The translations under genes were made by a program, and so were the position numbers. Positions 49,816-58,551 of a stretch of DNA of 64,000 bases are shown in pieces. Each line of letters opens with the position of its first letter. Positions within the stretch are counted from its first letter, which is position 1. The notes beneath the pieces are model-generated. The model was not told the DNA's origin and did not search any database. It was given only the letters and a program-made list of their open reading frames with translations. The stretch is from Verrucomicrobiota bacterium (lineage in GTDB: Bacteria; Verrucomicrobiota; Verrucomicrobiia; Verrucomicrobiales; Akkermansiaceae), in contig JAZKEY010000004.1 in assembly GCA_040386755.1 (NCBI GenBank), positions 263,137 through 327,136 of the forward strand, in the 5' to 3' direction.

Positions 49816-50591
49816 CCTCCTCACCTGTCAGAACCCGCGCTTCCGGATTCACGCTGCTTGAGCTCGTGCTCTCCATGGCGATCCTTGCGATCATCGTCGG
49901 TATGGTTTTCGGTACCGCGCGCACTTCGCTGGCTTTGGGAAATACCATCGTAAAAACCCAGAACGAGGAAATGCTCAACCAAGCGTTTCTCGACCTTCTC
50001 AACCAGCGATTCACCGCCTTGCCGGGCAACACCCGATTCGACCTCAAGGTCTCGGATTCCGGATCCCACTACCTCTCGGATCTCACGCTCCAGAACGTCC
50101 CCCTCAGCTTCACTTGGGGCGGGCAGGCGCGCATCGCCAAGGCCGTCCAGCTCAGCACCGTGAAAAAGCGCAGCGGCTACCTCGACGTCGTCCTGCGCTA
50201 TTACGAAAACGAAATTCTCCCGGATTCCACCAATCCCACCGCCTCCGCCACCATCGACGAGAAGCCGTTTGCCGAAATCACCCTGCTCACCGACGTCGCC
50301 TACTTTGAATGGCGGGTGCTCGAGAGCCGCTCCTTGGAGTGGCAATACGATTGGGAATTGCAAGGACGCCTGCCGCTTCAAATCGAACTCACCATGGCCG
50401 TCGGAGCCAAGGGCGAGGAAAGCCGCCACATTTTCTGGATTCCGCCGAAACAAAACGTCGAAGTCCACATCCGTCAGATCACGCAAAACCGCGGCGGCGA
50501 TGCCGGTGGCGGTGGCGGTGGCGGTGGCGGTGGCGGTGGCGGTGGCGGTGGCGGCGGCGGGCCACAGATCAATATCCCTCCTCAGAAATAG
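49812..50591 (+). CDS. Minor pseudopilin, GspJ-like, with poly-Gly tail
   Basis: SGFTLLELVLSM; GTGA overlap; ends in a Gly run. Confidence 0.8.
   Translation: MTSSPVRTRASGFTLLELVLSMAILAIIVGMVFGTARTSLALGNTIVKTQNEEMLNQAFLDLLNQRFTALPGNTRFDLKVSDSGSHYLSDLTLQNVPLSFTWGGQARIAKAVQLSTVKKRSGYLDVVLRYYENEILPDSTNPTASATIDEKPFAEITLLTDVAYFEWRVLESRSLEWQYDWELQGRLPLQIELTMAVGAKGEESRHIFWIPPKQNVEVHIRQITQNRGGDAGGGGGGGGGGGGGGGGGGGPQINIPPQK
50505..50561 (+). repeat. (GGTGGC)8 microsatellite encoding part of a 19-Gly run
   Basis: Eight perfect hexamers at 50505-50552, then GGC GGC GGG. Confidence 0.95.
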
Positions 50592-50593
50592 AA

Positions 50594-51532
50594 ATGATCG
50601 TCCACCCCTTCCATTCCCGAAAACCGACCGGCGCGGCCCTCATGGCGGTGCTTTGGCTGATCGCGATCCTGGGCATGGCATGCATGGCCGCGCTGCGGGT
50701 CATCACCTTCGACATGGAAATCGCCTCGGCCAAGGTCCACGGCTCGCGAGCGCGGCAGATCGCGGAAATGGGCATTGCGCTCGGGTCGAACTACATGGTC
50801 AAAAAGACCGATCCCCTGCTCCACCGTGTGGACCCGGAAACCGGGGAAAGTTTCGACGTCAAAATCATTTCCGAGGGTGGCCGTTTCAACATCAACTGGA
50901 TTCTCATCCAGGACGACAAACCCCTGCTCCGCGAAATTTTCGTCAATTGGGGACTCGAACTCGAAGACGCCCAGCAAGTCGCCGATGCGCTCGGTGACTG
51001 GATCGATGCCGATGATGACGTGGCCCTCAATGGCGCGGAAAAGGAATTTTACGAAAAGGAAGGCCGCATCAACCAACCGTTCAACCGTCCGTTTTACGAC
51101 CTCAGCGAGATGAGTCTCGTCCGCGGGATGGATCGGGTGGAGGCGGTGAAGCCGGATTGGCGTGACTGGTTCACCATCTGGAGCCAAGGCCCGCTCGACG
51201 TGAATGCGGCGTCCGCCGAGTTGATCGCCGCCGCTGCGGAAATCGAAGTGGCCCAAGCCGACGTCATCCCCGAAACTGTCCGCGGCGCGGATGGCGAGCT
51301 TGACACCGTGGATGATGCACCATTTCAAAGTGCCGCCGCCGCGCTTGATCTTTTGGGCATCGGCGAGAATGGTCCGGCCGACATCATCAAACGTTTCGGC
51401 GGGCCTGATCCAATCACCCGCGTCGAAAGCATTGGCAACGCTGAAGGCGCCAAGCACAAGATCTCCATCATTCTCCGCAACCGCACCGGAAGTCCGGCCC
51501 TCCTCGAACGCACTGAAGAAACCATCCCGTGA
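50594..51532 (+). CDS. gspK: Minor pseudopilin GspK
   Basis: GAALMAVLW (no +5 Glu), SEGGRFNIN, DWIDADD, NRPFYDLSEM, LDVNAAS; start 50594. Confidence 0.85.
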   Translation: MIVHPFHSRKPTGAALMAVLWLIAILGMACMAALRVITFDMEIASAKVHGSRARQIAEMGIALGSNYMVKKTDPLLHRVDPETGESFDVKIISEGGRFNINWILIQDDKPLLREIFVNWGLELEDAQQVADALGDWIDADDDVALNGAEKEFYEKEGRINQPFNRPFYDLSEMSLVRGMDRVEAVKPDWRDWFTIWSQGPLDVNAASAELIAAAAEIEVAQADVIPETVRGADGELDTVDDAPFQSAAAALDLLGIGENGPADIIKRFGGPDPITRVESIGNAEGAKHKISIILRNRTGSPALLERTEETIP

Positions 51533-52773
51533 GCAAATCCACCGACAACGTTCTTCTCGTCCCCGGCGAATCCGGCTGGGAAATATGGACCGGCCCCTCC
51601 GCCGCCGAGTTCACCCTTCACAACGCCAGCGCTGTCGAGCAAGCCAGCGAGCTTACCGACCTTCCCGCCGGTGACGTGCTGCTGCTTTTCCCAGTGAAAT
51701 CCGTGACCGCCGTGCCGATGCGCGTCAGCAGCGACGATGAGGCGCTGTTTTCCGATCTTGCCGCGCTTCATGCCGAGCGCCTCGGCCTCCGCCCGGATCC
51801 GATGGCCGGCCAACTGACCGACGTTTTCGTGATTGCCCGCGAGGCGGAGAACAGCGCGTTGGTTTCCGTGCTGCTGCGCGCTCCGGTCGATAGCGAAATG
51901 CCGCCGCGCGGTCCCAAGGGATTCGATATTTCCCCGCGAGCCTTCCCGTTGGGTGGCGATGCACTGGCGGTCTGGAAAGAGTTCGGCCGCTGGGTTTTCA
52001 GCCTCTATCATCAAGGAAATCTCGTTTATTGCCAAGCCACCTCCGGCACGTCCTCCAGCCCGGATGAAGCGTTTGCCCGGGAAATCCGCTTGGCGTTGAT
52101 CCAGCTTTCGATGCAAGGCCTTGAGATCGAGCCTTCGCAGATCTCGCTGTGGACAAATTCTCCCGGAGTCAGTCCGGCCGCATTGAATGCCGCTTTCAGG
52201 GCTCCGGTCGAGGTTTTGCCCCGGCCCGCGCCGGTGCTTCCGGACCCGCTCAGCAAGCTGCTGCCGGCCGACGTCCGCGCCGCCCGCCGCGCCGCTCAGC
52301 AGAAGCGGAACCTCATGCTCGGCGTCGCCGCCGTGGCGCTGCTCTACCTTGGCGTCATCGGTTGGTTCGGCTACGGCTTGTGGAAAGACAGCGCGGAAAC
52401 CGCCCAACTCATCAAGGATGCCAAAGCCGCCGCTCCCGAAGGCGAGGCCTACACCCGCCACATCGCGAAATGGGACGAATTGGCCAACGCCATCCAGCTC
52501 AGCAACTCGCCGGTCGATATTCTCAAACGCATCGCCGACTGCATCCCGCCCGCCAGCGGCCTGCGCCTGCGCACTGCGGAAGTCAGTGCCAGTGAAATCA
52601 AGCTCATCGGCGAGGCGGGTGCGCTTCAGGCGGTGAATAATTTCAGCAAAAGCCTGAGCACGAGCAACGGCCTGACCAACTTCGAATGGCAAACGCCCGA
52701 GCCAAACCAATCAACCCGTGGTTGGGAGTTCGTTTACAGCGCGGAAGTGCCGGCCGCCGCCACCCAGCCCTGA
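51529..52773 (+). CDS. GspL/PilM-N-like inner-membrane platform protein
   Basis: Operon position; large cytoplasmic N-domain, single TM (LMLGVAAVALLYLGVIGWFG), PilN-like C-domain. Confidence 0.7.
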   Translation: MSKSTDNVLLVPGESGWEIWTGPSAAEFTLHNASAVEQASELTDLPAGDVLLLFPVKSVTAVPMRVSSDDEALFSDLAALHAERLGLRPDPMAGQLTDVFVIAREAENSALVSVLLRAPVDSEMPPRGPKGFDISPRAFPLGGDALAVWKEFGRWVFSLYHQGNLVYCQATSGTSSSPDEAFAREIRLALIQLSMQGLEIEPSQISLWTNSPGVSPAALNAAFRAPVEVLPRPAPVLPDPLSKLLPADVRAARRAAQQKRNLMLGVAAVALLYLGVIGWFGYGLWKDSAETAQLIKDAKAAAPEGEAYTRHIAKWDELANAIQLSNSPVDILKRIADCIPPASGLRLRTAEVSASEIKLIGEAGALQAVNNFSKSLSTSNGLTNFEWQTPEPNQSTRGWEFVYSAEVPAAATQP

Positions 52774-52860
52774 TTTTCCACATCACCGACAAAACCCGGC
52801 CGCTACGGCATTAACCGGGCAGCAACCTTCTCCATCCGCTCTTTTTCTTCTCCCTTTTCC

Positions 52861-53391
52861 ATGTCCGACCGCGAAAAAAAACTTCTGATCTTCTTCGCCA
52901 TCGCCGGCTTCGCGATCCTCAATTTTCTCGGCTTCAATCTCGCACAGGCCAAGCGCATCAAGGTGAATGCGGAGAAAGCCGCCGCCCGCCAGCAGCTCGC
53001 CAATGCCGATATGTTCCGAGAAAGCAGCCAAGGGGTCACCGAAGACATGGAATGGCTTGCCGAGCACGAGCCCGAGCCAGCCGCCAATCAGGACGTGCAA
53101 ACCAAGCTCCAGCAGGTCGTCGAGCGCGAAGCCAATTCTGCCGGTCTCACCATCAAACCTGGCCAGAAGCCCCTGCCCACCGACACCACGGGCACCCACT
53201 ATCACCGCGCCAGGATCCAGATCTCGGTTACTGGCTCGGAAGACGCGCTTTACCGTTGGTTCGACAAACTCAACATCCCTGAACAATTCCGCATGGCCTC
53301 GCAGATCCGCCTTTCGCCCAATACCCAGGACGACACCAAGATCGACTGCACCGCCACCATCGAACAATGGTTCGTACCCGCCACCTCCTGA
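52861..53391 (+). CDS. GspM/PilO-like protein
   Basis: MSDREKKLLIFF N-terminus with TM; operon position. Confidence 0.7.
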   Translation: MSDREKKLLIFFAIAGFAILNFLGFNLAQAKRIKVNAEKAAARQQLANADMFRESSQGVTEDMEWLAEHEPEPAANQDVQTKLQQVVEREANSAGLTIKPGQKPLPTDTTGTHYHRARIQISVTGSEDALYRWFDKLNIPEQFRMASQIRLSPNTQDDTKIDCTATIEQWFVPATS

Positions 53392-53403
53392 CCCACACGC
53401 CCT

Positions 53404-54033
53404 ATGAAAACTCCGGTCATTACCCTGCTTTTTCTGGCCCTCGCCGGCATCGTCTCTGCGGACGTCCCCAAAAAGGGATCTCTGAATAGCTACAGCAAAC
53501 TTTGGAACGATTCTCCCTTTACGACGAAGCCGGTTGTCGGGCCTGGTGAATCCGCCGTCAATCCGCTCGACGACTACGCGCTCATCGGCGTCTCACCCAT
53601 CGGCGCCGGGAAATACCGGGTCACCCTGATCAACAAGAAGAAACCGGACGACCGCATCATGGTTTATTCCGACAGCACGACGTCCGATTTCAAAATCCTC
53701 GGCGTGACCAAAAAGGCCGGCGATCCGCTGGGCACGGTGGTTAGCATGTCCTCCGGAAAGCAAACCGGCACGGTGCGTTTCGACGAGAAACTGCTCACCC
53801 TCGCTCCTCCGCCTGCTGCGGCCAAACCAGCCACGCAACCCGGCCAACCCAACCCTCAGGTGCAGCCAGGCCAACCGGGCCAGCCACCGATCCAACCGGG
53901 TGACCCGCGTCAGCGCCAACCCCAGCCCCGCCCGCGTGTGGTGCCGCCACCCACTCCACAAGCTGGCCAGCCCCAGGCCCAACCTGTGCAGCAGCAACAA
54001 AACAATCAGCGCCCGGAACGCCGCCGCAATTAA
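53404..54033 (+). CDS. Exported Pro/Gln-rich protein in the GspC position
   Basis: Signal peptide, compact domain (YALIGVSPIG...VTL), PGQP-rich tail; directly upstream of the secretin. Confidence 0.6.
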   Translation: MKTPVITLLFLALAGIVSADVPKKGSLNSYSKLWNDSPFTTKPVVGPGESAVNPLDDYALIGVSPIGAGKYRVTLINKKKPDDRIMVYSDSTTSDFKILGVTKKAGDPLGTVVSMSSGKQTGTVRFDEKLLTLAPPPAAAKPATQPGQPNPQVQPGQPGQPPIQPGDPRQRQPQPRPRVVPPPTPQAGQPQAQPVQQQQNNQRPERRRN

Positions 54034-54063
54034 TTCTCCAATCTGAAATTCCAATCTTTTTCC

Positions 54064-56553
54064 ATGTCCTTGCCACGCTCTTTCGCCTTCCTAGCTCTCG
54101 GTCTCGCCACCGCCACCGCCCAGCCACCGGCGGAAGCCCCGGCAATTCCCGCTCCGCCACCGGGTGTTCCCATTCCCGGTGCCATTCCGCCCCGTCCTGC
54201 TGGAGCGCCCGGCGTGAACCAGCCAGCGGTGATTCCCGGAGCCACTCTTGGTGATACGAAAATCGTCGAGGACATCAACGAGCCCAAACTCACCGGCAAC
54301 GCACTCGCCGGACTTTACCGGCGTTACACCGGCCGCCGCGTCATCGTTTCCGCCGCCGCCGCCGCCGCCGAGTTCTCCTTCGTCCAGGAAGCCACTACCC
54401 AAGACCCGCTGACTTTCTCCAAGGCCGCCGAGCTGCTGAAGAAAGCCGCCATGATCGAAAACTTCGTTTTCGTGCCCGATGGCCAAGACAAGAATCTCGA
54501 TTTCCTCACTCTCCCGACCGGCGGCATCCGCCCGACGCAGCGTGGGGTCGAGGTTTATACGGATAAAGGCCCCGTCTACAGCGAAAACGACTCCCTGCCT
54601 GAGGGAGATGCCGTCATTTCCTACGTGATGCAGCTCAACTACATCAAACCGGTCGATGCGCAGAACGTCTTCACCCAGATTATCGGCCAGTTTGGTTCCT
54701 ACGGCTCCATCGCCCCGGTCGCCAACGCCTCCTCGCTCATCATCACGGAAAATACCTCGCTGATCCGCAAGCTCATCGACCTCAAAAAGGAAATCGACAA
54801 GCCCGGCTCCGTCCAGGGCACCCGTTTCATCAAGGTCCAGTACGCCGACGTCACCGAGATCGCCGAGACACTGACGACACTTCTCACCGCCCAACAATCC
54901 ACCCAGAAAACCGCCGGCATCCAGCGTGCCGATACCGCACCGGCACCGGGTGGTGCCCCAGCAGGCGCCGGCCAGCCCGGCGGCGCGAGCAGCGGTGAGG
55001 AAACTCCCGTCCAAATCGTTCCTGACCCGCGCACGAACCGCATCTTCGCCATGGGCCGCCCGGTCGATTTGATTTTCGTCGAAGGACTCGTCCGCGAGTT
55101 CGATGTGGAAACCAGCGAGAAGAACTTCCTTCGCCGGAAACTCCGTTTCCTCACCGTTTCGGACTTCCTGCCGATCGCCGGCGACGCCCTCACTCGCGCC
55201 TTCAGCGGCAGTGGTGACAGTGGCGGAAGCGGAGGCTCAAGCACACAAGGTGGCGCTGCTTCGGGCGGCGGTGCCCAAGCAGGTGGACGCTCCCAATCCA
55301 CGGGGCGCACCTCGGGCAGTAGCAGCAGCAGCTCGGGAGCCAATTTCGGCGGATCCTCCTCCAGCAGCGGTGGCATCGGCGGCAGTGGCGGATCGAGCGG
55401 CGGCGGTGCCGGAAATGCACTCAGCGATCCTGAAGTCAGCTCGGCTCCCGAGTCTGTTTTGGTCGGACGCACGCTTCTGGTTGCGGACAACATCACCAAC
55501 TCCATCGTCGTCCAAGGCCCGCCATCCGGTCTGGAAATCATCGAGAAGCTGCTCGACCAGATCGACGTGAAGCCGGACCAGGTTATGATTTCCACGGTCA
55601 TCGGCCAGCTCAGCCTCGGCCAATCGAATGAATTCGGCGTCAACTACCTGTTCAAGAACGAGGATTTCCGCGCGGGAGGCGGTGGAAGCAGCAATCCCAT
55701 CCTTCCCATCCCCGACACCGGCGGCCGATTCCCGCGTTTCGATCCCTCGACCCTCAGCGGCAGCGGCCTTCGCGCACTGGGAACCGTCGGTGATCTCAGC
55801 ATTTACCTCAAGGCCCTCCAGTCGAAGACCGACTTCACAGTGCTCTCCAGACCGAGTATTTTCACCTCAAACAACCAAAAGGGCACCATCTCCAGTGGTG
55901 AAAAAATCGCCATCCCCACCAGCAACAACAACTACGCCGGCGGTGGATCCAGCACCAACATCGAGTATCAGGATGTCGTGCTGAAACTCGAAGTGATCCC
56001 GCTGGTGAACTCGGACAACGAGATCACCATGAAGATCGCCCTCCTCAACGACGAACAAAACGGCACCCAGACGATCGCCGGTGGCGGAAGTGACGGCGGA
56101 GATCTCACGGTTCCCAAGATTTCTACCCGGGAAATCCTCACCACCGCCACGGTTCCTAACGGACAAACCATCGTGCTCGGTGGCTTGATCGTCGGCCGGA
56201 AAGGCACGGACGTCAGCGGGATTCCGATCCTCAGCGACATTCCCTACCTCGGCAAACTTTTCTCGACCACCACTAATACGGACAACCGCAGCGAGCTGAT
56301 GGTCTTCATCCAGCCCTCCGTGGTGAAAAACGACCGCTCGCTCGATGCCGTGCAGATCGACATGGATTCCCGCTACAAGGTTGCCGCCAAGGCCCACCAA
56401 ATGGCCGACGGCCCCGGCGTCCTGCCGGATGTGAATGCCATCCAGCCCGTGTCCGACAAGGAAAGCAGCAAGTCGCAACCAGCTCCGGTGCAATACCAAA
56501 CCGCTCCGGCCAGTACCAAAAAACCGTCGATGCGCCCGGCCCACCGCCGTTGA
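54064..56553 (+). CDS. gspD: Type II secretion secretin
   Basis: N-domain repeats (DPRTNRIF, DNITNSIVV), IDVKPDQVMI, VLSRPSI, LKLEVIP, GQTIVLGGL, GIPILSDIPYLGKLF, SELMVFIQP. Confidence 0.93.
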   Translation: MSLPRSFAFLALGLATATAQPPAEAPAIPAPPPGVPIPGAIPPRPAGAPGVNQPAVIPGATLGDTKIVEDINEPKLTGNALAGLYRRYTGRRVIVSAAAAAAEFSFVQEATTQDPLTFSKAAELLKKAAMIENFVFVPDGQDKNLDFLTLPTGGIRPTQRGVEVYTDKGPVYSENDSLPEGDAVISYVMQLNYIKPVDAQNVFTQIIGQFGSYGSIAPVANASSLIITENTSLIRKLIDLKKEIDKPGSVQGTRFIKVQYADVTEIAETLTTLLTAQQSTQKTAGIQRADTAPAPGGAPAGAGQPGGASSGEETPVQIVPDPRTNRIFAMGRPVDLIFVEGLVREFDVETSEKNFLRRKLRFLTVSDFLPIAGDALTRAFSGSGDSGGSGGSSTQGGAASGGGAQAGGRSQSTGRTSGSSSSSSGANFGGSSSSSGGIGGSGGSSGGGAGNALSDPEVSSAPESVLVGRTLLVADNITNSIVVQGPPSGLEIIEKLLDQIDVKPDQVMISTVIGQLSLGQSNEFGVNYLFKNEDFRAGGGGSSNPILPIPDTGGRFPRFDPSTLSGSGLRALGTVGDLSIYLKALQSKTDFTVLSRPSIFTSNNQKGTISSGEKIAIPTSNNNYAGGGSSTNIEYQDVVLKLEVIPLVNSDNEITMKIALLNDEQNGTQTIAGGGSDGGDLTVPKISTREILTTATVPNGQTIVLGGLIVGRKGTDVSGIPILSDIPYLGKLFSTTTNTDNRSELMVFIQPSVVKNDRSLDAVQIDMDSRYKVAAKAHQMADGPGVLPDVNAIQPVSDKESSKSQPAPVQYQTAPASTKKPSMRPAHRR

Positions 56554-56578
56554 GGAATCTTTCAAAAATTATTTGAAC

Positions 56579-56741
56579 GCTGTCGTTACCCAAGGGTCAA
56601 ACCCCCCTGAAGACCGTACGCAAGTTCGCGTTTTCATGTAAGGGTGAACAGCAGTTGTCAGCCTCATTACGAGCCGCGAATCAAATCGCGGGTGTGTTGA
56701 AGTTGTTCAGCTTGGCCGTCGGAGTGGGTGCTCCGGCGGCC
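56579..56741 (+). ncRNA. ssrS: Probable 6S RNA
   Basis: Hand-folded rod: 56579-85/56734-40, 56587-92/56725-30, 56595-600/56712-17, 56607-11/56706-10, central bubble, then 56625-30/56675-80 and an apical stem; CCCCUGA and UUGAA..GUUCAG resemble conserved 6S motifs; ends in a U-tract. Confidence 0.65.
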
Positions 56742-56750
56742 TTTTTTTTT
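56714..56750 (+). terminator. Intrinsic terminator (alternative fold of the 6S 3' end)
   Basis: GGCCGTCGGAG/CTCCGGCGGCC stem followed by a T9 run. Confidence 0.8.
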
Positions 56751-56760
56751 GACTGCCGCG

Positions 56761-57432
56761 TCACTCCGGCAGCACGATTTTCTTTCCCATGTGGCTCGGG
56801 CGGGTGTTGAGGAAGTTGACGTCGAGCCACATTTTCACCCGCGCGCCGATCTCGCGGATCTTGGTTTTCATGCCTGCTTGGGTTTCCACGTCGCGGGCGT
56901 TGTAGCCGTAGGCCTCGATGCCGTTGGCCTTTGCCAGATAGATCGCGCGCTCGTTCTGGAACCGCTGGCTGATCAACAGCACGGAGTCCGTTCCGAAAAT
57001 TTCCTTCGCTCTCACTACCGAGTCCAAAGTCCGCAGCCCGCGTGGGTCGCAGACGATGCGGTCGGCGGGGATGCCGCGTTCGATGAGCGCGTGCTTCATT
57101 TTTTCCGGCTCGTTGTAGTAGGGGCTGAGGTTGTCACCGGAGACGATCAGCGTCTCCACCTTGCCGGATTTCCAAACCTCCACGGCGGCATCGATACGGT
57201 AGCGAAAATAGAGATTTTCCCGGCCGTTCACCCGGTCCGTGGTGCCGAAGACCAAGCCCACCTTGGTTACGGGCAGCGAGGTGACATCACCGAAAAGCCG
57301 CCCGCGGGACGCCCACATGGCCGTGAAATTTGCATAGGCGATCACACCAATGCCCGACACGGCGAGCACTAGCAGAAAAATCAACACCCGCCGGGTCCAG
57401 CGTTTGAGAAAACTTTTCACGCCGGGCTTCAT
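56761..57432 (-). CDS. sanA: SanA/YdcF (ElyC/DUF218) family protein
   Basis: VGLVFGT, LIVSGDN, YNEPEKMK, GLRTLDSVVRA, ISQRFQNERA; start 57432. Confidence 0.85.
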   Translation of the reverse strand: MKPGVKSFLKRWTRRVLIFLLVLAVSGIGVIAYANFTAMWASRGRLFGDVTSLPVTKVGLVFGTTDRVNGRENLYFRYRIDAAVEVWKSGKVETLIVSGDNLSPYYNEPEKMKHALIERGIPADRIVCDPRGLRTLDSVVRAKEIFGTDSVLLISQRFQNERAIYLAKANGIEAYGYNARDVETQAGMKTKIREIGARVKMWLDVNFLNTRPSHMGKKIVLPE

Positions 57433-58394
57433 AAACTTCGCGTGGTTTGAAGCTCGCCCGTCTTGCGCGGCCATTGCAGCAAGGATCTAACAACATCGGA
57501 GAATCCGCCGGCCAGCGGCTCTTCCGGGGCGATCACCCGCAGACGGTTGGCTGTGTCTTGGAAACGGATTTCGGAAAAGCGTCCGATCCACTCGCCATCG
57601 ACCTCCACCGGTACTTCCCGGTCGGCGCGGACGATGAAACTCTCGGCTTGGAAACAACTCGTCGATGCCACCAGATCGATACCACCGAACGCGAGTCCGC
57701 GCAGCGAGTCGAGCACCAGCCGGTAGCCCGCCTCCTTGTAAACGAGCACGTCGAGCTTGGAGTCGTTGTTGTTCGCGTTGCGGAAAAACCTGAACTGCCC
57801 GCCATAAAGCGAGCCGTTTCCTGCTAGAACGGCCACGCCTTCCTCACGCCGTCCGTCCGGGCAGATCACCTCGATCTTCGGCGGTGTCTCACCGAGGACC
57901 TTCACCGCGGCTAACAGATAGGCCAGCGGTCCGAGCTTCTTCTTCGCCTCCCACGACGTTTCCTCGATGACCATCGCGTCGAATCCGACACCCGCCATCT
58001 GGACGAAGGGCGATCCGTTCGCCTCGAACAGATCCACCTCCCTGACGAACCCGCGCTCGATGACCTGGAACGCCCGCTCAAGCGTGTCGAAGGGAATCCC
58101 CATTTCGCGGGCGAACACGTTCATCGTCCCGGCGGGCAGCACTCCTAACAAAGTCCTCGATCCCGCCAGCCCGCTCACCACCTCATTGAGCGTGCCATCG
58201 CCACCGGCGGCGATCACCACCGGCTCGCCCGCTTTCGCGAAACGCGCCGCCAGTTCACGGGCCTCGCCAGCATGATTCGTGGCATAGAGCGCGAACCGGT
58301 TGGCATGGCTCATCAGGAAACGAAGCACCCGCCCACCCTTCTGGCTGCGCGCCTTGGGGTTGAAAATAACCGGATACCGGTGGGGTGCTTCCAT
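57429..58394 (-). CDS. Diacylglycerol kinase-family (YegS-like) lipid kinase
   Basis: IFNPKA, AGGDGTLNEV, LPAGTMNVFA, MAGVGFDA, VEVDGE; start ATG 58394; ATGA overlap with sanA. Confidence 0.9.
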   Translation of the reverse strand: MEAPHRYPVIFNPKARSQKGGRVLRFLMSHANRFALYATNHAGEARELAARFAKAGEPVVIAAGGDGTLNEVVSGLAGSRTLLGVLPAGTMNVFAREMGIPFDTLERAFQVIERGFVREVDLFEANGSPFVQMAGVGFDAMVIEETSWEAKKKLGPLAYLLAAVKVLGETPPKIEVICPDGRREEGVAVLAGNGSLYGGQFRFFRNANNNDSKLDVLVYKEAGYRLVLDSLRGLAFGGIDLVASTSCFQAESFIVRADREVPVEVDGEWIGRFSEIRFQDTANRLRVIAPEEPLAGGFSDVVRSLLQWPRKTGELQTTRSL

Positions 58395-58551
58395 GCCGCG
58401 ATTCTTCACCCATGGCCGCCCCAACCGCAACCCGATATCACTTTTTCCCGAGTATATAGCCGCCACCTGTTCTCGTTGGGTTTTAAATTGACAGGGGAGT
58501 GGAGCGGTCACAAGCATCCTAGACTGATATCCACAAACCCTAATCAAACCC

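Noticed and set aside
51325-52710. 461-aa minus-strand ORF
   Set aside because: Antisense to the gspK/gspL-like genes within a coupled operon
56591-56660. c-di-GMP-I riboswitch (AAACC...GAAG...ACGCAAG resemblance)
   Set aside because: The P2 arms (CCCCT/ACCGT) cannot pair, no downstream gene lies on that strand, and the 6S-type fold explains the region better
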